DNA from: Macrostomum hystrix
Taxonomy: Eukaryota > Animalia > Platyhelminthes
Length of the DNA: 64,000 nt
Assembly (NCBI GenBank): GCA_950097015.1
Contig: CATNEN010000039.1
Coordinates: 18,538,001-18,602,000, forward strand
Direction of reading: 5' to 3'
Under the pieces are notes generated by a model. The model had not been told where the DNA came from. It did no database searches and saw only the letters and a program-made list of their open reading frames with translations. This document shows, piece after piece, positions 12,648 to 25,300 of this stretch (position 1 is its first letter; every line of letters begins with the position of its first letter). The position numbers and the translations under genes are program-made.

Positions 12648-12842
12648 CATCGCAAAGTAGCTTCAATGGCAGCAGAGGTGTCATCGGTTAAATCAAATGA
12701 CACCTTTCATAAAAAAAACCATCTCCGACATTATCGGGCCTGAGATGGTTTGCGTGACTTCGCGATGATGAAAGCATCACCTTCCGGGTGAGGAGTGACT
12801 GTCGCATGCAGCTGCTCCGCCATCGCCTCATGTCACAAAGCC
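12648..12842 (-). ncRNA. Candidate structured non-coding RNA domain or non-coding exon
   Basis: Perfect 9- and 10-bp stems inside a closing helix. Minus-strand acceptor TAATTACAG| (12843) and donor ATG|GTTTAG (12647). Stops in all three frames. Confidence 0.45.
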
Positions 12843-13544
12843 CTGTAATTATATTTATACTCGCCAGTTGGGTTTAATACAGACAAAAACTTACGCACAG
12901 ACTCGATACGTTAAGGGACTCAAGATAGAGAATAGGGAGATCATGATAATTGACTAAACTTACAGTGGGTTGATGTTAATTAAATTTATTTTTTTTTCCG
13001 AGCAGAGCAAAGTCTTCTTTGTTATAAATAGTAATATGGCGAATGCACAAAACACGTTTTGTAACAAGCTTTGGTAATAGTTTTAGTCTGAAAAAATTTA
13101 TTCCACGCTTGAGAACAGTTGCACTGAAGTTGCAGTTGAGGAAATGGTCTAAATGTGCTCATTGGACTCAGGGATTTTGAAGAATATAGAAACGCAGGGT
13201 TGTGTGCACCAGATGCTTTGAGTCGTCAAGCTCAGCAGATCGCAGATCAGAATGCAAATTGGTTAATAGCAGCAATCTTCTTCTTCTATGCTTGTTAGCT
13301 GCAGTTCCGTGTTTTCGCACCTGCTACACTGATCCGCAGGCAGTATAGATGACGAGGATGAGACAGCGATTTGTATGCAGCTCTACTGGCAATCTTCCTT
13401 TTTATAATTTGAGCATAGATGACACAGCTTGATGATCTATTTTTGGAGGCTGCAAAAGCGTGAATAAAAAAAATTTGGAAGCCATCGCGGTGAAACAGAA
13501 TTGAAGAAAGTAGCGGAAGATTTGAAAGTAGCGAAGGTTATGGG

Positions 13545-14300
13545 AGTAGTAGCGGAGGTAGACTAAGTAGCGGAGGTAGAAAAAGTAACGAAAATAGATT
13601 AAGTAGCGGAGGTAGACTAAGTAGCGGAGGTAGATAAAGTAACGAAAATAGATTAAGTAGCGGAGGTAGACTAAGTAGCGGAGGTAGATAAAGTAACGAA
13701 AATAGATTAAGTAGCGGAGGTAGATAAAGTAACGAAAATAGACTAAGTAGCGGAGGTAGACTAAGTAGCGGAGGTAGATAAAGTAACGAAAATAGATTAA
13801 GTAGCGGAGGTAGACTAAGTAGCGGAGGTAGACTAAGTAGCGGAGGTAGATAAAGTAACGAAAATAGATTAAGTAGCGGAGGTAGACTAAGTAGCGGAGG
13901 TAGATAAAGTAGCGGAGGTAGACTAAGTAGCGGAGGTAGATAAAGTAGCGGAGGTAGACTAAGTAGCGGAGGTAGACTAACAAAGGTAGATTAAAAACCG
14001 AAAGTAGATCAAGTAACGGATGTATATAATGTAACGGAGGCATAAAAATTAACGGAGGTTGGTTAGGTAACGAAGGTAGATTAAAAACCGAAAGTAGATC
14101 AAGTAACGGAGTTAGATAAAGTAACGGTAACGGAGGTATAAAAAGTAACGGAGGTATAAAAAGTAAGGGAGGTATAAAAAGTAAGAAGTAAATTAATTAC
14201 CCGACATTCTTAATAGAACAAGGTAGATTAAGTAACGAATGTAGATTACGTATCGGAGGTAGATTAAGTAACGTTGGTAGAATAAGTAATGAAATAAAAA
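13545..14300. repeat. Minisatellite, 18-bp AAGTAGCGGAGGTAGACT
   Basis: Tandem units, degenerate toward 14300. Confidence 0.93.
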
Positions 14301-15346
14301 TAAGTAACGCAGGTAGTGAAAATATTAGCAGCAAAGACAGCTTTGTTAAATAATAAGCATGTAAAGCTGAACAAACTAGTTAAGCAAAACGACTCGGTTA
14401 CGGATCAACTTTGATACAATGTAACTACAGTGTCTCGAACATCTCAGCTCAGAAAGCCAGTCTCGAGCCCCTCTAACAGAAATTTGAGCGCGAAGCAGAA
14501 ACGCTAAGCGGAAGGAAATCAGGAAAAAAAGAGAAGGGAAAGAGGATAAGAGGATTTTAGGCGAAGCAACGCGACTATAAAGGGGCGTGTTCCGCCTCGG
14601 AGACAATCTGAGAGATACGCGAGCAAAGAAAAACTCGGGCCGAGACAGACAGAAAGCAGCAGAAGAAAGTGGCGCATTAGCTAATCAACTCTATAATCCG
14701 GCTCTTTGATGCTCGAGGCCGCGGCTGCGGCGGCGGCGGCGGCGGCTGCTGCCGGTGCAGTGGAAGAAGACACCGCTGATTAGACTAGAAGCACTATAGA
14801 CATAGAGTTTTGTTAAGCATTTGGCGCTGGCTAAGATACTGCTTCAGCCTTAGCCACCTCCCCCTGTTCTAGCCGCGCCTGTCAGCCCCTCTGAGTCTGT
14901 CCCCTTTGAAGTGACCAAAAGATCTAGTCCCGTGTCCTTCCCTTTCATCTTCTCGCCAGCGCCCCTGTTGGAGGTGGGGTGGGGGTTGGGGCTCTCGGGT
15001 GGCAGCAAGTTTCTTGCTTTCCCTTCTCTACAGTCGCTGCCTCCGCTGCTTCTAATTTCCTTTGAAGTCAAAGGATCAGAATTTGGGCTTCGTTAGGGCG
15101 ATGATAGACTCACAGCGGGTCTATCTCTAGATTCTCTCGATCTAGTAGTATGCACCAGGCTAGTAGATGAAGGGATTCTCTGATGATGAGGCTGTGTGTG
15201 TGCCAGCGAAATAACTGAATATTGAGCAGATCTAAGAGTCTATCTGTAGCGAGAATATTAACGATTAAAGATCTCCAATAGATGGGTTGCTTAATCTGTA
15301 ACTAGACACCCGAGCTGGATGATCTAAACTATATTTATCTGCCTAG

Positions 15347-15635
15347 CGGGGCGGTCTACCCAACGTACCTGGAGCTCGATTCCGCGGCGAGGTATTTGGC
15401 GCGCAGCCGCGTAGACAAGGCTTGGGGGCTTGTCGTGCAATTTACACCCTTTGAGGGCCAACCTCCCCTCAGTGAAATTGTACACTGCCTGACGATGAGA
15501 AAGTCAGGGCAGATGTACACACCTGTGTGCGTGTGTGCTCAGGAGTCAGCGGAATGAGCAGAAATGCCTCCTCGCTGGCTGCGGGTCTATTGTCACCAAA
15601 TGATGTGCCAGCAGCCCTCCTGCAATTATTATTAA
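15347..15635 (+). mobile_element. SINE family A copy
   Basis: B-box-like GAGCTCGATTCC, body shared with 30643-30985, (ATT)n tail. Confidence 0.85.
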
Positions 15636-15689
15636 GATTAGGGTATTATTAGCACGTGACAGTACCTGTGGCTTGTCAAGCTCTACTTA

Positions 15690-15765
15690 AATGAATGTGG
15701 CCTCGCCGAGGAATCGAGCTCAGGGACCTTGGCGCGAGGGGCAGGCGCGTTAGACTGCTCTGCGA
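15690..15765 (-). mobile_element. SINE family A head fragment (tRNA-like)
   Basis: Reverse complement of the 30650-30725 head. Confidence 0.75.
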
Positions 15766-16154
15766 TCTAACTTTCTCACCATCTCACAAAATTTGTTAGC
15801 TTTTTTATTTCCAGAACAAAACTTGCCTGCGCTGTCACGAAAAATGTCCTAGTTAAGTTTTTCCTTCGGCTTCTAACTTAAAAATCCTTTGCACTATATT
15901 TACCTTTACCGCTAACACAAACAAACCAATGTTGGAATTTTTTTGCATTTCTTGATTAGTCTGTCATTAGGATATTAATCTTATAATCAACTAATGATCC
16001 ACTTCTCAGTTCATAGTTCATCTCTCTCCTCTAAATGAATGAATTAATAAGCCCTTTGTAGATTTTAGTACTTTTATCTTCGACTCTTTGAAGTGATTTC
16101 ATAGCCGCCTTATTGAGCTAACTTATTAGGACAAGAAAATTACTCAAAATTCTC

Positions 16155-17365
16155 AAACTAGAAACATCCCATTGAAAAACTAGAAATATCCCATCGAGAA
16201 ACTAGAAACATCCCATCGAGAAACTAGAAACATATCATCGAGAAACTAGAAATATCCCATCGAGAAACTAGAAACATATCGTCGAGAAACTAAAAATATC
16301 CCATCGAAAAACTAAAAATATATCATCGTGAAACAAGAAATATCCTATCAAGAACTAGAAACATATCATCGTGAAACAAGAAATATCCCATCGAGAAACT
16401 AGAGATATATCATCGAGAAACTAGAAACATGTCATCGAGAAACTAGAAATATCCCATCGAGAAACTAGAAATATATCATCGAGAAACTAGAAACATATCA
16501 TCGAGAAACTAGAAACCTATCATCGAGAAACTAGAAACATATCATCGAGAAACTAGAAATATCCCATCGAAAAACTAGAAATATATCATCGAGAAACTAG
16601 AAATATCCCATCGAGAAACTAGAAACATAACATCGAGAAACTAGAAATATCCCATCGAGAAACTAGAAACATATCATCGAGAAACTAGAAATATCCCATT
16701 GAGAAACTAGAAACATCATCGAGAAACTAGAAATATCCTATCAAGAATTAGAAACATATCATCGAGAGGGCGGATAGCTCAGTCAGTAAGGTGTCGGACT
16801 CTGGATCAGATGGTCCTGGGTTCGACTCCCGACCTAGTCTTAAACTATTCGTGCAGCCTTTGGCAAGCTGCTTTGCCCTGATGTGCACACAGTCTACTCA
16901 GCTGCAAATGAGTACCGACATTTCTTCGGGTAATAATAATTCCGGCTGGCGTGGAATAAAGCAGTTCTGTGCGGCAATTCTGTGAGGTTTGGATGCTGCC
17001 GATATGTTTGGAAAAATAAATTCTATGGCTGACACGCGGCTGTCAACCGGTGTCCGAGAGAGCCGGGAGTACAATAGGTGTGCAGTCCCCACCTGCTAGT
17101 GTGCCTGACACACAACACCTGCACTGGCCCTTGGGTCTAGTGTCAATTATTATTATTATTATCGAGAAACTAGAAATATCCTATCAAGAACTAGAAACAT
17201 ATCATCGAGAAACTAGAAATATCCTATTGAGAAACTAGAAATATCCCATTGAGAAACTAGAAATATCCCATCGTGAAACAAGAAATATCCCATTGAGAAA
17301 CTAGAAATATCCCATAAAGAAACAAGAAATATCCCATCGAGAAACTAGAAATACGCCATTGAAAA
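16155..17365. repeat. Minisatellite, 22-bp GAGAAACTAGAAATATCCCATC, interrupted by a SINE
   Basis: Tandem units on both sides of 16768-17160. Confidence 0.93.
16768..17160 (+). mobile_element. SINE family C, full length with TSD
   Basis: tRNA-like head GGGCGGATAGCTCAGTCAGTAAG...GGGTTCGACTCCC (A and B boxes), CORE-like CCTTTGGCAAG and CAGCTGCAAATGAGTACC, (ATT)n tail, TSD ATCGAGA at 16761-16767 and 17161-17167. Confidence 0.9.
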
Positions 17366-17784
17366 AGTAGGCGATGTAGTTTGGGATTTGGAGTAGATCG
17401 ATTATGAATCTCAATTTTTTCATTAAAAAAAAATAATTGCGCACCTGCTCACATCTCAAATTAATGGGGCTATGGTCGTAGTAAATTTAAGGAATAACAC
17501 GCATTTTTCACCGATTTAAGCACCACAACCTAGCTGCTCAACATGACTATTCGTTTTTTTACCTATTAAGTCTTTTTTAAGGCGGAGTTTTGCTTCTAGT
17601 CTATATTGCTAATGGAGCATGATAAATTGGAAATGGGATCCATTTTTTGTCACTACTGACGCTGTCGCCCTGATGTCTTTTTTGTCTTTTTATTAACATT
17701 TTTTCTTAATATTCGTTTCGAATATTGAGTCGTGTCATCTGACAGAACAAACGGACACAATTTTGATTGACACAATTGGATGAA

Positions 17785-18830
17785 TTTGGAGTGACAGAAT
17801 CGAATAGACTTGGAGTGACAGAATCGAATAGATTTGGAGTGACAGAATCGAATAGATTTGGAGTGACAGAACTGAATAAATTTAGACTGACAGAACAGAA
17901 TGAATTTAGAGTGACAGAATTAAAAATATTTAGATTGACAGATTTGAATAGACTTGGAGTGACAGAGTTGAATAGATTAGGAGTGACAGAATCGAATAGA
18001 TTTGGAGTGACAGAATCGAATAGATTTGGAGTGACAGAACTGAATAAATTTAGACTGACAGAACAGAATGAATTTAGAGTGACAGAATTAAAAATATTTA
18101 GATTGACAGATTTGAATAGACTTGGAGTGACAGAGTTGAATAGATTAGGAGTGACAGAATCGAATAGACTTGGAGTGACAGAATCGAATAGACTTGGAGT
18201 GACAGAATCAAATAGACTTGGAGTGACAGAACTGAATAGACTTGGAGTGACAGAATCGAATAGACTTGGAGTGACAGAATTGAATAGATTAGGAGTGACA
18301 GAATCGAATAGACTTGGAGTGACAGAATCGAATAGACTTGGAGTGACAGAATCGAATAGACTTGGAGTGACAGAATCGAATAGACTTGGAGTGACAGAAT
18401 CAAATAGACTTGGAGTGACAGAACTGAATAGACTTGGAGTGACAGAAACGAATAGATTTGGAGTGACAGAATCGAATAGACTTGGAGTGACAGAATCTAA
18501 TAGTCTTGGAGTGACAGAATCAAATAGATTTGGAGTGACAGAATCGAATAGACTTGGAGTGACAGAATCGAATAGACTTGGAGTGACATAATCGAATAGA
18601 CTTGGAGTGACAGAATCGAATAGACTTGGAGTGACAGAATCGAATAGATTTGGAGTGACAGAATCGAATAGACTTGGAGTGACAGAATCGAATAGACTTG
18701 GAGTGACAGAATCGAATAGACTTGGAGTGACAGAATCGAATCGACTTGAAGTGACAGAATCGAATAGACTTGGAGTGACAGAATCGAATAGATTTTTAGT
18801 GAATGAATTGAATAGATTAGGAGTGACAGA
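17785..18830. repeat. Minisatellite, 24-bp GGAGTGACAGAATCGAATAGACTT
   Basis: Tandem units; source of the GVTESNRL ORFs. Confidence 0.96.
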
Positions 18831-19724
18831 AGTATATAAGGAATCTCAGTTTTCAGAAATTGTCGAAAAAGATAGTAAATATTTTCATGGCAAAATAAAG
18901 ATAGGAAATACGAGCTAGCAGAAATATTTGAATATTGGTCAAACGAATTGACCAAATTAGGCGGCAATCAATCATTGTATCGGGATTGGGATTATAGCGG
19001 TGGCAATGGACATATAGTTTCCCAAACCAGACAATATCAAGGTAAACAAGCAGCAGCCTCATTATCGTATTTAAGCGAAAAACCGAAATGCGTCTTTTTT
19101 GGATGATATCAAATCGAAGCGTGCTGTGGCTGCTGTGACGTAACTGAATTACACACACACCGCACGCACGTGTTTGTGTCAGACCTCCCCGCCTCATTGT
19201 TAACCCCCCCCTAAAACGACTCATCTCGAGCCCACTTGTTTGGAGCAATTCGATACCTTCCCTCCTTCTCCCCGACGTTGCTAGCTCGCCAATCTTCCCC
19301 GTGTTGTGAAATCCCCTTTCCTTGTTCCAAATCCCTATTCGATTTCATCTCCAGAAGAGGTCGCATTAGATGTTGCTCCTTAGTAGAAGATAGGATTGGG
19401 TATCACATTGTTTCCATGTTCTTAGCCTAATAGATTGAACAAAGAACAAATTACACAATAGAGAGAACCGTCGCCTGTCCCTCTTGCTCGTTTTTTTCCT
19501 GAGCTATTTTGCTGCGTTGAAGAGCTTTTTTGTCTGAATAATTTCTTTGTTTAGATTTTTTCTAAATTGAATGCTTCATAATTCGATCTTGATGTTGAAA
19601 AAATGGCATCCATGCAAAATAGCCTCAGATTTTTTGTTTGTCTGCTTTGCAAAACAAAACAAAACAAAATAGCAAGCTTTCGCGCGAATACCTAATTTAA
19701 GAAATTCCTGGAAACTTGAGTTTC

Positions 19725-20535
19725 AGTAGATTCTAGTTTTGAAAGATTCTAGATGGGGAAGGTTCTTAGTTGGGAAGATTCTAGTTTCGAGAGATTCTAG
19801 ATTGAGAAGATTCTAGTTTTGTGAAGATGCCATATTGAGACGAATCTAGTTTGAGACAATAGTCGTACAACTTTGGGAAGACTCAAGATTGGGAAGATTC
19901 TAGTTTGGGAAGATTCTAGTTTGGGAAGTTTCTAGTTTGGAAAGATTCTAGTTTGGGAAGTTTCTAGTATGGGAAGATTATAGTTTGGGAAGTTTCTAGT
20001 ATGGGAAGATTATAGTTTGGGAAGATTCTAGTTTGGGAGGATTCTAGTTTTGGGAAGATTATAGTTTGGGAAGTTTCTAGTTTGGGAAGATTATAGTTTG
20101 GGAAGATTCTAGTTTGGGAAGATTCTAGTTTGGGAAGATTATAGTTTGGGAAGTTTCTAGTTTGGGAGGATTCTAGTTTTGGGAAGATTATAGTTTGGGA
20201 AGATTCTAGATTGGGAAGATTCTATTTTGAGAAGATTCTAGTTTACGAAGAGTATAATTTTGGAAAGATGCCATATTGAGACGAATCTAGTTTGAGACAA
20301 TAGTCGTACAACTTTGGGAAGATTCTAGATTGGGAAGATTCTAGTTTGGGAAGTTTCTAGTTTGGGGAGATTATAGTGTGGGAAGTTTCTAGTTTGGGAA
20401 GATTCTAGTTTGGGAAGATTCTAGTTCGAGAAGATTCTAGTTTGGGAAAACCTTAGTTTTAGAAGATTATAGTTAGGAAAGATTTTAGATTGGGAAAATC
20501 CTATTTTGGGAAGGTTCCTGTTTGGGAAGATTCTG
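19725..20535. repeat. Minisatellite, 16-17-bp GGGAAGATTCTAGTTT
   Basis: Tandem units visible. Confidence 0.93.
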
Positions 20536-21354
20536 TGCTTGAAGATTAGGGTTTAGGAAAATTGCATTTTGATAGCATTCCAGTTTTAGATGGCTCTGTT
20601 TTAGTAAGATTAAACAATTATAACCTACTTGTAAAACAAATTTTCGGGAACAATCCGTTTTGCCGAATCTAGCTACTTAAAAGTAGCATTTGTAGCATTT
20701 TGCGACTGAAGTGAATAAAACTTTTATGCAGGTAATTTTTCCATTCCTAGCACCTTTCAAGAATCTCAATGAGATAAGGTTGACAAACTAATTAAAAAAG
20801 CGCTTACCTACAGCCAGGTAATTTAGTCTTTAAGTCACAAGAATTAGCAGACAAAATTTCTAAAGAGAAGATAATTTATTTAAACCAGTTTCCTAAAACT
20901 CAGAACCCATTATCGTCACAGATTTTGCAAAGCCTCTGCCAGTTTTAAATCGGATTTCCTTGAAGTCAGCTAAAGCAACTCAACGGACTATCTTTGAGCA
21001 TGTTCAAAGCCCACTGACGTCTTTGGATTAGAGTTTTAATTAACTGAGGCAGTATTTGACTTAATGTGGGAGAAAATAAAAACATCGAGAGAAGATATTT
21101 AGCACAATCTCTGCATTCGATGATTTTCCATGCTGCTGTCTAAATGATTGTGGAACCTTAGTCAAGTTGCGCACAAGTAATTGGACACTTCATTTGCAAA
21201 GTCTCGTTAAGTTTCTTTAAAGCTAAATTGTCAATTTTATTTCCTGCCCAAAGTTATTTATTGAGATAAGAAGGTGAACTTTAGGGAAAAATCGTCGATC
21301 GACAAGGTTTAATTAAAAGGTTTAACAGGTAAAAAACTGACTGAAGTGGTTATA

Positions 21355-21972
21355 CGATAAACACTCGATAAACACACGATAAACACTCGATAAAAACACG
21401 ATAAACACACAACACGATATGCACACGACAAACACAAAATAAACAAATGATAAACACTCTATAAACACACGATAAGCACATGATAAACACACGATAGACA
21501 CTCGATAAACACACGACAAAAACAAAATAAACAAATGATAAACACTCTATAAACACACGATAAGCACATGATAAACACACGATAGACACTCGATAAACAC
21601 ACGACAAAAACAAAATAAACAAATGATAAACACTCTATAAACACACGATAAACACATGATAAACACACGATAGACACTCGATAAACACACGACAAACACA
21701 AAATAAACAAATGATAAACACTCTATAAACACACGATAAACACTCGATAAACACACGATAATCACTCGATAAACACACGAAAAACACAAACTAAACAAAT
21801 GATAAACACTCGATAAACACTCGATAAACACTCGGTAAAAACACGATAAACACTCGGTAAAAACACGATAAACACACAACACGATATGCACACGACAAAC
21901 AAAAAATAAACACATGATAAACACTCGATAAACACTCGATAAGAACTCGAAAAACACACGATAAACACCCGA
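21355..21972. repeat. Minisatellite, ~11-bp ACGATAAACAC with 88-bp higher-order period
   Basis: AAACAAATGA recurs at 21441, 21529, 21617 and 21705. Confidence 0.9.
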
Positions 21973-22350
21973 CAAGCAGTGTTCAAATTCAGCATAAAGG
22001 CATTACTAGTATGATGAAACCATCTTAATATTCAATTATTAAATCGAAAAATTTCAGACTGGACTCGATAAACGCGCAGTATTTTCTAATTAAATGACTA
22101 TTTTCGATTTTATTATTAACTTTTTTGTCAAAAGCTTTGAAGTTAAAGATAAGAGGAATTGAAATTTTCTCGTTAAAAGTAGATTATTTGTCTCAACTGT
22201 TATTGGCTGTTTGAAAATTAAAATTATACGTTTTCATCCAAGTAGGGCTGTGACAATGTGTTTCTGATTATATAAAGTCTTGATTTGATTGACTGCGAAA
22301 ACTGCCCTTCAGTAAGAAGCTCTTTACCTGCTCCAGATACGATAGTAATT

Positions 22351-25300
22351 ATGAAGCACAAAATATTTAGCTTTACTTCCCAGTTTATTCTGCTATTGTT
22401 TGTTGTCGGTTGCTATGGCAACGAGATTGACAATCGGACCGTGATTCATCTGTTGATCCTGGATAGCCCAACCTCGATTGACATATATTATCCCTTCGCA
22501 ATTAAATATATCAATAACCTCACCGACATGTTTCCTTCGTTTCAACTTCAAACTAAGCGACTGGTGACCGATCAGGTGTGTACTCGTATTTGAAAACTAT
22601 TGTTTTGTTTCAATTTTGTCTATCAGGTGTATGTCAATTAGGGATAAGGGATAATATATGCAGAGGTTGTAGCCTAGTAATTAGCGCGTCGGACTAACGA
22701 CTTGAAGTTGGGGGGTTCGATTCCCGACTCCACTGGAACAATTTGCGTCCTTTAGCAAGACACTTAATTCTGCATTGCTTCAGTTCACCCAGCTGTTAAA
22801 TGGGTACCAGCATCAGCTGGGATAATTGAAGGGGTGTGGCGTCCCCCCAGTCCGTGGACTGAACAGCTGTACGCAGCCTTCAGATGCGCCGCGCATTAGC
22901 TGCGGCTGTGCTGTCGGCAGCACATCTGACCCAATTGGGGCAGGTGTAATGAAAAAAAAGTCAATTGTATCTAAGAGGTGTCCGTTTATTATATCTAACA
23001 GGTGTCTGTTAAATTGTGTCTAACAGGTGTCTTTAAATTGTGTCTAACATGTGTCTTTAAATTGTGTCTAACATGTGTCTTTAAATTGTGTCTAACAGGT
23101 GTCCGTTTATTATATCTAACAGGTGTCTGTTAATTTTGTCTAAGAGGTGTCTAATAGGTGTCTGTTTAATAAAAAGAATAAAAATATAATATAATATTAA
23201 TTGCAGGAGGGCTGCGGGCAATGGCACATCATTTAGTGACACTAGACCCGCAGCCAGCGAGGAGGCAATTCTGCCCCTTTCGCTGTCTCCTGAGCAAACA
23301 TGCACACAGATACTGTACACAGGCACACGGTCACACAGGTGTGTTCATCTGCCCTGACTTTCTCATCGTCAGGCAGTGTACACTCTCACTGTGCCTTGGA
23401 GGTTGGCCCTCAAGGGCGTGAATTGCAAGACAAGCCCCGAAGCCTTCTCTCCGCGGCTGCGCCTCAAATAAATGTGGCCTGAAGTGTCTAACAGGTGTTT
23501 ATGAAGTGTCTAACAGGTGTTTATGAAGTGTCTAACAGGTGTTTATGAAGTGTCTAACAGTTGTTTATGAAGTGTCTAACAGGTGTTTATGAAGTGTCTA
23601 ACAGGTTTTTATGAAGTGTCTAACAGGTGTTTATGAAGTGTCTAACAGTTGTTTATGAAGTGTCTAACAGGTGTTTATGAAGTGTCTAACAGGTGTTTAT
23701 GAAGTGTCTAACAGTTGTTTATGAAGTGTCTAACAGGTGTTTATGAAGTGTCTAACAGGTTTTTATGAAGTGTCTAACAGGTGTTTATGAAGTGTCTAAC
23801 AGGTTTTTATGAAGTGTCTAACAGGTGTTTATGAAGTGTCTAACAGGTTTTTATGAAGTGTCTAACAGGTTTTTATGAAGTGTCTAACAGGTGTTTATGA
23901 AGTGTCTAACAGGTGTTTATGAAGTGTCTAACAGGTTTTTATGAAGTGTCTAACAGTTGTTTATGAAGTGTCTAACAGGTGTTTATGAAGTGTCTAACAG
24001 TTGTTTATGAAGTGTCTAACAGGTGTTTATGAAGTGTCTAACAGGTGTTTATGAAGTGTCTAACAGGTGTTTATGAAGTGTCTAACAGTCAGCAGTGCAA
24101 GTTTTTCTACATAACAGTTGCTGGCTGTTGCTGCATGATAGTTGATCGTTTTTTTCAAACTTTGCCGTCTTGTGTTAAGTAGCTCGTAATAATAAATATA
24201 AAGGCAGGTGTCCTAAAACTATGAAAACAAAAAAATAACGATTTGCACTTAAATTTCAGTACGACACGGGCAGCGCGGCCAAAGCCTTCATTGACGGCTA
24301 CTTCACGCCGCCGCAAAAGGCGCTGGTGATTGGCCCGTTTCTGTCTCAACAGGCTCAGTCTGTGGCCGATGTGGCCAAGTATTACCACGTGACTGAGGTA
24401 AGAACTTGTCATTTAACACCTGACTCATCTGACACCTGACTCATCTGACACCTGACTCATCTGACACCTGACTCATCTGACACCTGACTCACCTGACACC
24501 TGACTCATCTGACACCTGACTCACCTGACACCTGACTCAACTGACACCTGACTTATCTGACACCTGACTCACCTGAAACCTGACTCATCTGACACCTGAC
24601 TCATCTGACACCTGACTCATCTGACACCTGACTCATCTGACACCTGACTCACCTGACACCTGACTCAACTGACACCTGACTTATCTGACACCTGACTCAC
24701 CTGAAACCTGACTCATCTGACACCTGACTCATCTGACACCTGACTTATCTGACAACCTGACTCACCTGACACCTGACTCAACTGACACCTGACTCATCTG
24801 ACACCTGACTCATCTGACACCTGACTCACCTGACACCTGACTCAACTGACACCTGACTCATCTGACACCTGACTCATCTGACACCTGACTCACCTGACAC
24901 CTGACTCAACTGACACCTGACTTATCTGACACCTGACTCACCTGAAACCTGACTCATCTGACACCTGACTCATCTGACACCTGACTCATCTGACACCTGA
25001 CTCATCTGACACCTGACTCACCTGACACCTGACTCAACTGACACCTGACTTATCTGACACCTGACTCACCTGAAACCTGACTCATCTGACACCTGACTCA
25101 TCTGACACCTGACTTATCTGACAACCTGACTCACCTGACACCTGACTCAACTGACACCTGACTCATCTGACACCTGACTCACCTGAAACCTGACTCATCT
25201 GACACCTGACTTATCTGACAACCTGACTCACCTGACACCTGACTCAACTGACACCTGACTCAACTGACACCTGACTTATCTGACACCTGACTCACCTGAA

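Noticed and set aside
12760-12805. SECIS element or C/D snoRNA
   Set aside because: No AAR apical motif at SECIS spacing, no upstream selenoprotein ORF, and no terminal CUGA box D.
14700-14790. Poly-Ala coding exon (GCG/GCC run) as TCF N-terminus
   Set aside because: The frame closes quickly (..IKEPDYRVD*) and no suitable donor was found. More likely UTR or promoter sequence.
15478-15520. Hammerhead ribozyme in SINE-A (CTGACGA..GAAA.GTC)
   Set aside because: No stem II or stem III can form, and CTGAC simply pairs with GTCAG as a hairpin. Kept only as a low-interest note.
16768-16840. tRNA genes (also 22662, 30643, 32651)
   Set aside because: Cloverleafs are imperfect and each continues into a shared SINE body and simple-repeat tail.
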